Below, in pieces: positions 1 through 9,931 of a DNA stretch of 64,000 nt. The translations under genes and the position numbers were made by a program. The DNA lies in NCBI GenBank assembly GCA_963695825.1, contig CAVOHX010000021.1, forward strand, positions 2,380 through 66,379, in the 5' to 3' direction. Under the pieces are notes generated by a model. The model saw only the letters and a program-made list of their open reading frames with translations, searched no databases and had not been told where the DNA came from. Source of the DNA: an uncultured Chloroflexia bacterium. Lineage in GTDB: Bacteria; Chloroflexota; Anaerolineae; Promineifilales; UBA4811. The first letter of the stretch is position 1. Each line of letters begins with the position of its first letter.

Positions 1-2
1 AT

Positions 3-170
3 TATCACAAGGGACCCTGTGTACTAGTCCTTCAGAGCATTGGTGACGATGAGCAAATACATGTCGTCTGGGGCATTCCGCGAGGCGCCCAGGCGCCGGC
101 GGTTCTGGTCACTGCATATCGCCCAGACGCAGCGCGGTGGTCCAGCGACTTGACCAGGAGAGAACTATGA
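3..170 (+). CDS. DUF4258-family protein, C-terminal part (5' truncated by window edge); putative toxin of a TA-like pair
   Basis: Frame from nt 3 reads YHKGPCVLVLQSIGDDEQIHVVWGIPRGAQAPAVLVTAYRPDAARWSSDLTRREL*. The 'IHVVWG...VLVTAYRPD..W' pattern is typical of DUF4258. Its stop overlaps the next start (ATGA at 167-170). Confidence 0.7.
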   Translation, partial: YHKGPCVLVLQSIGDDEQIHVVWGIPRGAQAPAVLVTAYRPDAARWSSDLTRREL

Positions 171-382
171 CCAGGCGGTCGATGACGAAATTGATTCAAG
201 AGGGCGAGTACGTAGCCGAGGTAGACGTCGAGCTGCTGATTGCCGACGAAGGTTGGTCGCCCTATCTGTCCCTCGATGATGCCAACAAATTGGATGACGT
301 ACGGCTGGCGCTGCGACGCGGCGATCTTGATGCCGCCTCCAGGCTAGGCCGCGTGTATCGATTGACGCCGGTTTCCGTCTAG
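167..382 (+). CDS. small partner protein of DUF4258 (putative antitoxin), 71 aa
   Basis: ATG at 167 is coupled to the upstream stop and preceded by AGGAG. Sequence MTRRSMTKLIQEGEYVAEVDVEL...GWSPYLSLDDA.KLDDVRLAL. Confidence 0.65.
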   Translation: MTRRSMTKLIQEGEYVAEVDVELLIADEGWSPYLSLDDANKLDDVRLALRRGDLDAASRLGRVYRLTPVSV

Positions 383-437
383 AGACACCAGATGACGGAA
401 CCAGGCTGATCAGTCGGAACCGAGCGCCAGGGCCGGC

Positions 438-530
438 ACCGCTAAAGCGGTCACTACGAACCTGGGCTGGATTGTTGTCCAGCCTGAGCAGGAGAGGGCC
501 AGGGGCTGGGTTCTGGTCCAGCCGAAGCGG
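438..530. repeat. cluster of REP-like palindromes between convergent genes
   Basis: ACCGCTAAAGCGGTCACTACGAAC (438-461, GTAG-type REP on the minus strand), GGGCTGGATTGTTGTCCAGCCTGAGC (464-489) and GGGCTGGGTTCTGGTCCAGCCGAAGCGG (503-530). Confidence 0.65.
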
Positions 531-537
531 GGGACGC

Positions 538-2652
538 CTAGTCGGCCGTGACGACCGGCTCGAGCTCTCGCAGTTGCTCCAGCGGGATGTGGCAGTAGAT
601 GCGGTGATCGGCCGTGTTGTGCAGCGTCGGCGGGGTCTCTCGCTCGCAGATCAGGCCGCTATCGGGCGCCATCTCGCGGCGGGGGCAGCGGGTGTGAAAG
701 ACGCAGCCGCTCGGGCGGGTTGAGCGCGCTGGGCACGGTGCCCTCGAGCCGGATGTGCTTTTGCACCGCGGTGGGGTCGGGGATGGGCACGGCCGAGAGC
801 AGCGCCTCGGTGTAGGGGTGATAGGGGGGCGCATAGATCGCCTCGGCGGGTCCAAACTCCATGACGTGCCCCAGGTACATGACCGCCACGTAGTCGGAAA
901 AGAAGCGCACCACGCTCAGGTCGTGGGCGATGAACATCATGGTCGTCCCGTGCTGCTGCTGGATCTCGAGCAGCAGGTTGAGCACCGCCGCCTGCACCGA
1001 GACGTCGAGGGCCGAGACCGGCTCGTCGCAGAGGACCAGCTCCGGCCGGCTGGCAAAGGCGCGGGCGATGCCCACCCGCTGCTTTTCGCCGCCGCTCAAC
1101 TGGCGGGGCAGCCGGTAATAGTAGCTCTCGTCCAGCCGGACGGCGTGCAGCAGGCGCACCACCTCGTCGTACACCTCGCCGGACGGCACGGTCTTGAAGC
1201 GGCGCAGCGGCCGGGCGATCTGATGCCCCACGGTGTATGACGGGTTCATGGTCGAATCGGGGTTCTGAAAGACCATCTGCAGTTCCCGGACCAGCTCCAG
1301 CTCCCGCTTGGCGACCGGCACTCGAGATGTCGAATCCCAGGAACTCGACCTGCCCGCCAGAGGGGGATTCGAGGCCGACGATGGTCTTGGCGAGGGTGCT
1401 CTTGCCGCAGCCCGACTCGCCGACGACGCCCAGGGTTCTCCCCTTGGGGACCGCCAGACTGACGTCGTCCACCGCCCTGACGTACCTGCTTTTGCCCCAG
1501 CCCGACCAGGCTGAGGACGGATCTCGATTCCTGTTCGTAGTAGGTCTGGAGGTTCCGGACCTGCAGGATGGGCCCTTCCCCGGCCTCGGCCGGAGGAGTC
1601 AGGTCCACCGCCGATTCCTCCGCCGGCCGCCAGGTGGAGGCGTCGATCTCTTCCGCGTAAAAGCAGCGCGCCCGGTGGTCGGGCTCGACCTGACCGCAAT
1701 TGGGGCGCCTCGGTGCGGCAGCGATCGGTCGCATAGTCGCAGCGGGGCGAAAAGATGCAGGCGCCCGCCGGCCGGTCCATGGGAGCGGGCACCCGGCCGC
1801 GGATGGGATACAGGCGGCTGCTCTCCTTGGTGGTGCCCAGCTTGGGCACGCAGCGCATCAGGCCCTGGGTGTAGGGATGCAGCGGGCTTCCGGTAGATCG
1901 CCTCTACCGGACCGGTCTCGACGATCTCGCCGGCGTACATGACCGCCCACCTGGTTGCAGACCCGCGCCACCACCCCCAGGTCGTGGGTGATGTAGACGA
2001 TGGCGGTGTCGAAATCGCGCTTGCAGGTCCTCGATGAGGTCCAGGACGACCGCCTCGACGGTCACGTCGAGGGCGGTGGTCGGTTCGTCCATGATGAGCA
2101 GCGCCGGGTTGTTGAGCAGCGCCATGGCAATGACCACCCGCTGTTGCTGCCCGCCGGAGAGCTGGTGCGGGTAGCGGGTCATCACGGCCGCCGAATCGGG
2201 CATGTAGACCCGGTCCAGCATGGCGATCGACCGTTCCCAGGCCTCCGCCTTGGAGATGCCGCGGTGCACGGTCAGCACCTCGGAGAGTTGCTCGCCGATG
2301 GTGACCGACGGGTTGAGCGCCTGCATCGGGTCCTGGTAGACCATGGCGATCTGGTCGCCGCGCAGCTTGCGCAGCTCCTCCTGCGGAGCGGCCGACCAGT
2401 TCCTGCCCGCGGAACTGGATGCTGCCCGCCGACGATCTTGCCGTTGGCGCCCAGGAAATCGACGATGCCAAAGGCGACCGTCGATTTGCCGCAGCCGGAC
2501 TCGCCCACCAGGCCAAAGGTGGTGCCCTGATGGACCTGGAACGAGACCTCGCGCACCGCCTCGACGTCGCCGTAGCGGGTCTCGTACGAGATGGCGACCT
2601 CGTCGAGGTTGAGGACCGGCCCTGGGGTTTGCTTGCTCTCGGGCATGGTCAT
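538..2652 (-). CDS. fused oligopeptide/dipeptide ABC ATP-binding protein (OppD+OppF type), split by several frameshifts
   Basis: Two Walker A motifs (GESGCGKST), signatures LSGGQQQR and LSGGEKQR, Walker B MDEPTT and CDEPVS, HPYT motifs and a C-terminal GCVFHTRCP, spread over ORFs 2272-2652, 1904-2344, 659-1858, 651-1472 and 538-855. Confidence 0.85.
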
Positions 2653-2658
2653 CCTTCT

Positions 2659-3586
2659 CTACTGGTACCGCAGCGACTCTTCGCGCAGGCCATCCGCGAG
2701 GAGGTTAAAGCCGACCACCAGGGTGGCGATGGCGACCGAGGGCCAGAGCGCCGTCCAGATGTGCCCGGTCAGGATGAACGAGCGCCCCTTGGAGACCATG
2801 CTGCCCCAGTCGGGCGAGGGCGGGGGCAAGCCCAAACCCAGGAAGCCGAGCGTGCCCATGGCAAAGATGGCGTATCCGATGCGCAGCATGGCGTCCACGA
2901 TGATGGGGCCGCGGGCGTTGGGCAGTATCTCGAAGAACATGATGAACAGCGGCTTTTCGGCCCGCAACTCGGCCGCGCGGATATAGTCCCGGGTGCGGAT
3001 GTCGAGGGCCAGACTGCGCACCAGCCGGGCGATGCCGGGGGTGCCGACGATGGCGATGGCGAGCACCACGTTGACGGCCGACGCCCCGACGGCGGCGATG
3101 ATGATCATGTAGAGGAGGATGACCGGAAAGGCCATCATGGCGTCCAGGAGGCGCATGATCACCTCGTCGATCCACCCCATCATATAGCCGCCCACCAGGC
3201 CGAGGGTCGAGCCGAGCAACAGCCCCAGGGCGACCCCCCAGATGGCGATGCCGCCGGGCAGCCAGAGGGTTTCGTTGATGGGGAATATCACCAGCACGAC
3301 CCGGGCGCCGTGAGCCAGGCGGGACCAGAGGTCGCGGCCCAGGCTGTCGGTTCCCAGCAAATGCCCGGCCGAGGGGGGCAGATTCTGGGCCGTATAGTCC
3401 TGTTCGGTGGGCGTGTAGGGGGTGAGCAGGGGGGCAAACATGCCCACAAAGACCCAAAAGAGGACGATCACCAGGCCCACCACGGCCGTCTTGGAGGCCA
3501 GCAGGACCGAGAGGCTCATCCCGCAGGCGCTGCCGGCGCGATGGGCGCCGCGCTCGTGATGCCGTCGTCGATTCGGAGGTTGCCAT
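2659..3586 (-). CDS. peptide ABC permease (DppC/OppC type); probable frameshift near the 5' end
   Basis: [11 protein letters not shown] and LGFLGLG...DWG motifs with multiple TM segments. The N-terminus MATSEST...RRQRLRD lies in an adjacent frame. Confidence 0.88.
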
Positions 3587-3601
3587 GGTCGTCACTCGGC
3601 C

Positions 3602-5726
3602 CTACGAATACCGGATGCGCGGGTTGAGAAAGGTATAGATCACGTCCGCCAGCAACTGGGTGGAAACCGCCACGCCGACCAGGATGATGGCGCCGGCTTC
3701 GATGGCGTTGACGTCCTTGAAACGGGCCGAGTCGAGCAGGTAGCTGCCCAGCCCGGGATAGCCAAAGATCACCTCGACGATGACGATGCCGCCCAGCAGC
3801 CAGTTGACGTGCAGCATGATGACGGTGATGGGGGCCATCAGGGCGTTGCGGATGGCGTGCTGGGTGACGATCTGCAGCCGGGGCAACCCCTTGAGAAAGG
3901 CGGTGCGGATATAGGGCGCTTTCATGACGTCCGCCATGCTGGCCCGGGTGATGCGCAGCACGTACCCCAACTCGAGCAGGGTCAAGGTCAGCACCGGCAG
4001 GACGAGCATGTCCGGCCGGGTCCAGGGGGCGTCCTCGCCAAAGACGGTGGCGCCGGGCACCCATTTGAGCCAAAAGGCAAAGATGAGGATGAGGAAAATT
4101 CCGGTGGCAAACTCGGGCGAGACCGAAAAGATCATGCCCCCGATCGAGAGCACCCGGTCGATCAGCTTGCCCTCGTTGAGGCCGGCGATGAGCCCGAGGA
4201 CCAGGGCGACGGGCATGACGATGGCAAAGGCGATGCCCGCCAGGACCAGCGAATTGCGCAGGCGGGTAAAGAGCAGGGCGGAGACCGGCCGGCCGGTGCG
4301 GAGCGACACGCCCGGGTCGCCGCGCAGCAGCCCTTTTTGCAGCGGGACGTATTCCTGGGGTCCGCCGGCGACGGATACCCACTGGGTGGCGAGAAAGACC
4401 CACGCCTCTTTGCCGGACCCCTTTTCCCAGCGGACCGCGTGGTTTTGCTTGTCCACCCCCCAAAAGGTGCGCACGACGCGGGCGCGCCCGGCAGCGGAGC
4501 TGCGGGCGATGGTCGCGCCGTCCTCGCGCAAGAGCTCCGCGGCGACGGATAGCGATTCAGCGGCCGTCCCCAGCTCGTTCGCCTCCATCCCCCCGGCCGC
4601 GTCGTCCAGCGCCCCCGCCAGCTCGGGTTGAACCCGCTGCAGCGACTGGCGCATCCCCGCCAGGGCGGCCGACAGGACCGCCAGTTGGGCGCTGTCGAGC
4701 TGACCGGCAGCGACCCCGGGCCGACCATCCCTCCAGGGTTGACACCGCCTGGACGTAATCGCCGTCGCGCAGCGCCGCCAGCCAGCTTCCGAGCGAGAGG
4801 GAGAGGGTTTCGATCCCGGGCAACACGCCGCCCAAACTGTTTTCGGCGGCCGTTGGGTCCTCCCCCATCAGGTGGGCAGAGGCCTCGCGCACCTGGGGCG
4901 CCCCGGCGGCGCCCATGTCCTCCAACGACTTGGCGACGCGGTCCAGTTGCCGGGCCATGGCCTGGAGGTCGGCGACCCCCAGGTCGCCGGCGCCGGTCTC
5001 GGACAGGACCCGGTGGACGTCGGTCGCCAGCAGGATGGGCACCTTTTTGGCCGCCTCGTCGGCCGCGCTTTCCAGCGCGCTGCGGGCGCTCCCCGCCTCG
5101 GCCGCCATCATGGCGGTGAGGGAGGCTTCGGGGGTCGCCAGCGCGGCCGCCAGCGCCTCGGAGCTCATCTCCTGCGCTTCCGTCTCCCGCAGGACGACCA
5201 GGACGGCGTCGAGACGCTCGACGATCGCGTCGCGGTCGGCGTCGCTCAGTTGGGGGGAGTCGAGGACCGCCCCCCGGTGCGCCTCCAGGCGCTCGATCTC
5301 GGCCGTTGGGTCGGCGATCTGCCAGCGCTGGTTGTCGGTCTCTTTGACCTCGCTGCCGTCGGGGAGCAGGCGGGTCAGGGTCAGGTCCTCGCCCACCAGC
5401 TCCCAACGGCCGAGGCTACCGTCCTCCAGCTCGGCCCACCACTCCCAGAACCCCTCCTCGGTGGAGATGCGGGTCACGGGAAGGTTGACCCGCCGGGCGG
5501 CGAGCCAGTCAGAGCCGAGCAGCCAAAAGACGTAGCGCTGGAGCAGCGGCCGGTCGAGGCCGTTCTGGGCGAGAAAGGCGGCCTCCTGCTCGGGCATCAC
5601 CTGGTGGCCCAGCACGTTGCGGGCAATGTTCCCCGGCGCCGCTTCCGAGATGGCGAACACGGCGATCGAGACCAGAAACATGGTCAGGAGCATCAACACC
5701 AGGCGGCGCAGCAGGAATTTCGCCAT
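3602..5726 (-). CDS. peptide ABC permease (DppB/OppB type) with a very large extracytoplasmic insertion; frameshift ~4700
   Basis: N-terminus MAKFLLRRL...APGN...GLDRPLLQRY in ORF 4557-5726. C-terminal half LRGDPGVS...YIRTAFLKGL...NPRIRY in ORF 3602-4654. Confidence 0.85.
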
Positions 5727-5754
5727 AAGTCAGGTTTTTACCACAAACCCAAAA

Positions 5755-5789
5755 GGAAGGCCAAGGCAGCACCCTCGCCTTGGCCTTCC
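5755..5789 (-). terminator. hairpin/intrinsic terminator-like element after the substrate-binding gene
   Basis: GGAAGGCCAAGGC-N9-GCCTTGGCCTTCC forms a 13-bp stem, followed by TTTT on the minus strand. Confidence 0.6.
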
Positions 5790-5809
5790 CGATGGACTCT
5801 GGAGGCAGG

Positions 5810-7550
5810 TTAGGCCTTGAGCCAGACCTTTTCCAGTAGGGTGAATCCGGATGGGTGCACAGGGACGTCCATCACGTTGTTGCGGAATATGGTCCAGATG
5901 TTGTGCCACCAGGCGAGCCCGATAGAGCCGCGATCCATCTGGATCTGCTCCAGTTCGCAAAAGAGCTTGCGCCGCGCCTCGACGTCATAGGTGCCCGACG
6001 CCTGGGCCAACAGTTCGTCAAACTCGGGATCGACCCAATAGGACTCGTTCCAGGGTACCGGGTTGCCGTCGGCGTCGCCCGCGTAGGCGATGCCCAGCAT
6101 CTGGGTGCCCAGCGGGCGGTGCGCCCAGGAGGTGATGCCCACGTCCACCTGGTTCCAGACCTCCCAGTACTGGTCGTTGGGCATGGTGTCGAGGGTGATG
6201 TTGAACCCGGCCGGGGCGGCGTCCTCTTTGAGGATCTCGGCGTAGGAGACGATATCGGGCCAGCCGGTGCCCACGGCGATCGACAGGTCCAGCCCGTTCG
6301 GAAAGCCGGCTTCGGTCAGCAACGCCTTGGCCTTGTCCGGATCGTAGGCCGGGATCGGCTTTTCGCAGTACTCGGGGTGACCGGGGTAGACGTGGGCGTC
6401 GTGGCCCACCACCCCCTCGCCAAAGTAGGCGAGTTGGAGGATTTTTTCCCGGTCCTGGCAGAGCTTGAGCGCCATCCGGACCCGGTTGTCGGTCCAGGGC
6501 TCGGTGTCGGCCCGCATGCGCAGCACGCGGGTTCGCGAGCTGGCGACGCCGGGGACCGAGACGTTGGGGTCGTCCTTGAGCGCCAAATAGTGGTCCGGGC
6601 TGGCGGCCGAGCCGAGGTCGAGGAAATCGACCTCGCCCGCCTGAATGGCGGCGATCCAGGCCGACGCTTCCTCGCCCATGTCGATCCACTCGATGGCGTC
6701 CATGTAGGGCAGGGGTTGGCCGTCGGCGCCGTTGCGCCAATACCCCTCACGCTTTTTGAGCAGCACCCGCTCGCCCTCGCTGTAGGACTCGAGGGTGTAG
6801 GGACCGGGGCCGTGGGGGGCCTTTAAAAAGTCGCCTTCAAAGGTGCGGTGGTTCATGACCAGCGCCGCATAGCCGAACAGGTGCTCGGGGACGCCCAGCT
6901 CCGGCCGGCTCAGGTGCAAGGGTGACCGTGTGGTCGTCCACCCGCTCGATGTTCTCGGGGCTGAGGTAGCCGCCCACGACGCCCAACTGGGCCGAGGCGA
7001 CGTCCTCTTTGAGCCACTCGTTCAGGGTAAAGATGACGTCGTCGGCGTTGAAATCGTCGCCATTGTTGTGCTTGATCCCTTGACGAAGGTTGAGCTTCCA
7101 GGTCTGCAGGTCCTCGCTGGGCTCCCAGCTCTCCAACAGCTCGGGCTGGGTGACGTTGTTCTCGTCGGTCAGGGTCAGGAACTGGGTGACGAGCATCATC
7201 TGGTGGGTGGGGTTGGCCCAGGAGATCTGGGAGAGGTGGGCCAGCTTGTGCACGCGGCTGGCGACCTTGATGGTGCCTCCGCGCGTTGGACCGGCCGGGG
7301 CCGGCGTGGCGGTCGGGTCGGGCGCCTTGGTGGGGTCCGGGACCTTGGTGGGCTCGGGCGCTTTGGTGGGTTCGGGCGTCTCGGCCGTGCAGGAGGCCAA
7401 AAAGGCGCTGGCGCCGGCAACGGACGCGCCCAACAAGGTCGCGTGGCGCAGGAACTGGCGGCGGGTGACCCGGCCCTGCCGATAGAGATCCTTCAGTTCG
7501 GGGAGGTACGGATGGCCGTCCTCTCGTTTTTCACCTTTGATGATTTCCAT
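5810..7550 (-). CDS. ABC substrate-binding lipoprotein (family 5), Tat signal; frameshift ~6920
   Basis: MEIIKG...TRRQFLR twin-arginine signal, lipobox-like LASC, EPTKAP linker repeats, PELLESWE and GPGPY motifs. Joined from ORFs 6837-7721 and 5810-6919. Confidence 0.88.
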
Positions 7551-7751
7551 CGTTGTGCTTCTCCTCTTTGATTCAGATTCTTGAACGCCTGTGGACAGGC
7601 TAGACTTGAGGCGCCTCGCAGCGGGCGCCGGCGGAACTGTCAACGGGTCTCGATTTCCTTCTTGACTATCACCTCCTCGCTCGTGACGACAACGCTTTCC
7701 AATTGGCTGACGATTCATCAAACGGCCGGCGGACTGGTCCCTAAAACGGGT

Positions 7752-8450
7752 CTAGGCCGGCATGGCGGGGGGCAGGGCGATCTCGATCTGGCCCAGCGAC
7801 CCCCATTCGAGAGGGCGACTGACCGCGCTCAGGGCGCGCTGTTGGGCGCGGGCGACCAGGTCGCCGGCAATCTTGCCCGCGCGATCCGGGTCCCGCCCAC
7901 AGATGGCGTCCACCAGCAGGTGGTGCTCCTGGCGCATCGCCTCGGAAAGGTCCTCCAGGTCGTAGGTGAGAAAAAAGAAGCGGGCCAGTTCGTCCATCAG
8001 GCCGGAGAGCTGATCGACGACCCGCTGGTTGCCGGCCGCGACGGCGATGGCGCGGTGAAAGTCGGCGTTGAGGTTGATGCGCGGCAGGTAGCTCTCCTTG
8101 TCCTTGAACACGTAGGTGATGTCGGCGAGCCGGACCATCTCTTTCAGGTCGTGGTCCGAGCCGCGGGCGGCCGCCATGCGGGCGGCAAAGGATTCGAGCA
8201 GGTAGCGCATCTCGAACATCTCCTGGATGTCCGACAGGGTGATGGGGGTGATGACGTACCCCGACCGGGGGACGGGCTGGACGAGGTTCTCCAGGGCCAG
8301 GCGGTGCAGCGCGTCGCGGATCGGCGTGGTGCCGATCCCGTACCGGTCCGCCAGTTGGGATTGAACGACCTGTTGACCGGGTCGAAGGACGCAGGCGATA
8401 ATGTCGGCCCGGAGAAGCTGGTAGGCTCGTTCTGCTAGTAAAGGCGGCAT
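7752..8450 (-). CDS. GntR-family transcriptional regulator (FCD domain)
   Basis: LAERAYQLLRADII...LRPG...GTTPIRDAL winged HTH. C-terminal NADFH...EH motifs. Confidence 0.9.
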   Translation of the reverse strand: MPPLLAERAYQLLRADIIACVLRPGQQVVQSQLADRYGIGTTPIRDALHRLALENLVQPVPRSGYVITPITLSDIQEMFEMRYLLESFAARMAAARGSDHDLKEMVRLADITYVFKDKESYLPRINLNADFHRAIAVAAGNQRVVDQLSGLMDELARFFFLTYDLEDLSEAMRQEHHLLVDAICGRDPDRAGKIAGDLVARAQQRALSAVSRPLEWGSLGQIEIALPPAMPA

Positions 8451-8469
8451 GGTGCACCTCGCAACGAGC

Positions 8470-8525
8470 GTGATGAAACATCACTAAAACATCACTAGTG
8501 TACCATGGTCGTGATTGGTTGTCAA
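8470..8525 (-). promoter_or_regulatory. sigma70-type promoter and probable operator for gntR
   Basis: Minus strand TTGACA (8525-8520)-N17-TACACT (8502-8497). Downstream palindrome GTGATG-AAA-CATCAC (8470-8484) and direct repeat AAACATCACTA x2. Confidence 0.65.
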
Positions 8526-8545
8526 GTAGTTGAAACACGGCTCGC

Positions 8546-8721
8546 GCAGAGGGCTAGATTGTTACCCCGCTTTCTCCCCACCCACCCGGAGCCACTGTGG
8601 CGCCGCGGGACCATGGTCCAGCCCGAGCGGGGGTGGGGCAGAGGGCTGGATTGTTACCCCGCTTTCTCCCCACCCACCCGGAGCCACTGTGGCGCCGCGG
8701 GACCATGGTCCAGCCCGAGCG
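8546..8721. repeat. tandem direct repeat, two 84-bp copies with 92-bp period
   Basis: 8546-8629 and 8638-8721 differ at about one base. Each is GGGCT(A/G)GATTGTTA...TCCAGCCCGAGCG, an expanded form of the REP at 464 and 17113. Confidence 0.9.
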
Positions 8722-8790
8722 ATAGCGGGCGTTGGCGCCGGCCCGAGCTACTCGCTTCCGCCGCTCTGCCGGCGGAAAACCGGAACCTTC

Positions 8791-9054
8791 TCAGCCTAAC
8801 GAGCCATAAACCCGCCGGTAAAGCCAACGACCGACGGAATATGTGATCACGAATTGGAAAAACGCCACTCCTACGCCAATCACAATACCTTTTGTACCAG
8901 AGTAACCCCAGATTGCGGTTAGGTCGACAAAGCTCCAATATCCTGCAACCAGAATCGCAAACCATTTCTCTGATAAAGAGTCTTTCTTCCTCCAATATGC
9001 CAAAAGCATAATCAGAAGAATCAGAACTACCAGATCGACAACAATTACCCACAT
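8791..9054 (-). CDS. small membrane protein (87 aa), probable orphan immunity protein
   Basis: About 3 hydrophobic segments, AT-rich, last gene of the Rhs cassette array. Confidence 0.55.
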   Translation of the reverse strand: MWVIVVDLVVLILLIMLLAYWRKKDSLSEKWFAILVAGYWSFVDLTAIWGYSGTKGIVIGVGVAFFQFVITYSVGRWLYRRVYGSLG

Positions 9055-9078
9055 AACCTATCTTCAGAAGTGTCGAGG

Positions 9079-9420
9079 CTACAAGATTCTAATCGAGCAA
9101 GATAGCTTTGCTTTCATCGCATGAGTGTTCTGCACCTTCTCGACGCGCCGGCCGCCAAAGGGGAGATAGCGCGCGCTGTCCACCAGCTCGTAGAGGTTGC
9201 CAAACTCGTGGGAGACAGCGGCAATGCTGCCCAGGTGGTCGGTGTGAAAGTAGTAGACCTCGTCGTCTTCGCCATCAACTTCGACCCGCATGACGATCCG
9301 TTGGCTACCCAGGAAAAAGTAGCTACGGGTGACGGTGCCCGTCACCTCCAGATGCGGGCCGGGGGTGGCGCTCCAGGTGTCGTCGGGGTGGAGGGTGAGC
9401 ACCCGGTTGCCATCCCTACC
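9079..9420 (-). pseudogene. Rhs core fragment without an identifiable toxin tip
   Basis: DGNRVLTLHPDDTWSATPGPHLEV...YYFHTDHLGS...RYLPFGG, then homology ends before the DPxG motif. Confidence 0.75.
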
Positions 9421-9458
9421 ACTACGGACGTTGTCGATCAATGTGTCGGCTCTGTCCA

Positions 9459-9920
9459 TCAGTCCTCGAGGCATGTCACAAGCTGCCCCTGTTGAGCCGC
9501 AGAATCCAATGCACAACAGACAGCGTGGTACCCTGCTATCTTGAAGGCCATTACGGACGAAAACCCCAGATGGAACAACAACTCGTGAACTTGCACCTTT
9601 ACCTGTATGACTGATCTGTCGAGATGTTCATTCAATGCCTCATTGGCCCCCCGGCTCACCCCGGTGAGGGCGTTCCGCAGGAGCGCACGTGTCATCTGTT
9701 CATCCAAGGAAATGGGTGCGCTAGTTTTGACGACAGGTCCCTGCAGGATGAGGAATCTTGCGTCGGAATGGAGGGTCACCATGGACGCGGGCGGCGTGGG
9801 GCCGGCAAGGGGCTCCAGTGTAAGAGACACCTTTGCATAGCCGGAAGGCATGGGCAATACATCGCGCTCGTACTCTCCAGCCACCGTAGAGATCACCGTG
9901 TAGCATCGCCGATTCTGCAT
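9459..9920 (-). CDS. stand-alone elongation factor G domain IV-like protein in immunity position
   Basis: GYAKVSLTLEPL...GVSRGANEAL...VIQVKVQVHELLFHLGFSSVMAFKIAG..AV aligns by eye with EF-G domain IV (GQYGHVKIKVEPL...AVQKGIEEAM...[31 protein letters not shown]). No GTPase or other EF-G domains are present. Confidence 0.75.
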   Translation of the reverse strand: MQNRRCYTVISTVAGEYERDVLPMPSGYAKVSLTLEPLAGPTPPASMVTLHSDARFLILQGPVVKTSAPISLDEQMTRALLRNALTGVSRGANEALNEHLDRSVIQVKVQVHELLFHLGFSSVMAFKIAGYHAVCCALDSAAQQGQLVTCLED

Positions 9921-9931
9921 GGGAACTCTCG

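Noticed and set aside
8546-8721. Possible CRISPR array
   Set aside because: Only two 84-bp copies with no unique spacers of CRISPR size, and no cas genes in the window.
9459-9920. fusA pseudogene fragment
   Set aside because: The ORF is intact, limited precisely to domain IV, strongly diverged and placed in a toxin cassette with no flanking fusA remnants. It is better explained as a dedicated gene.
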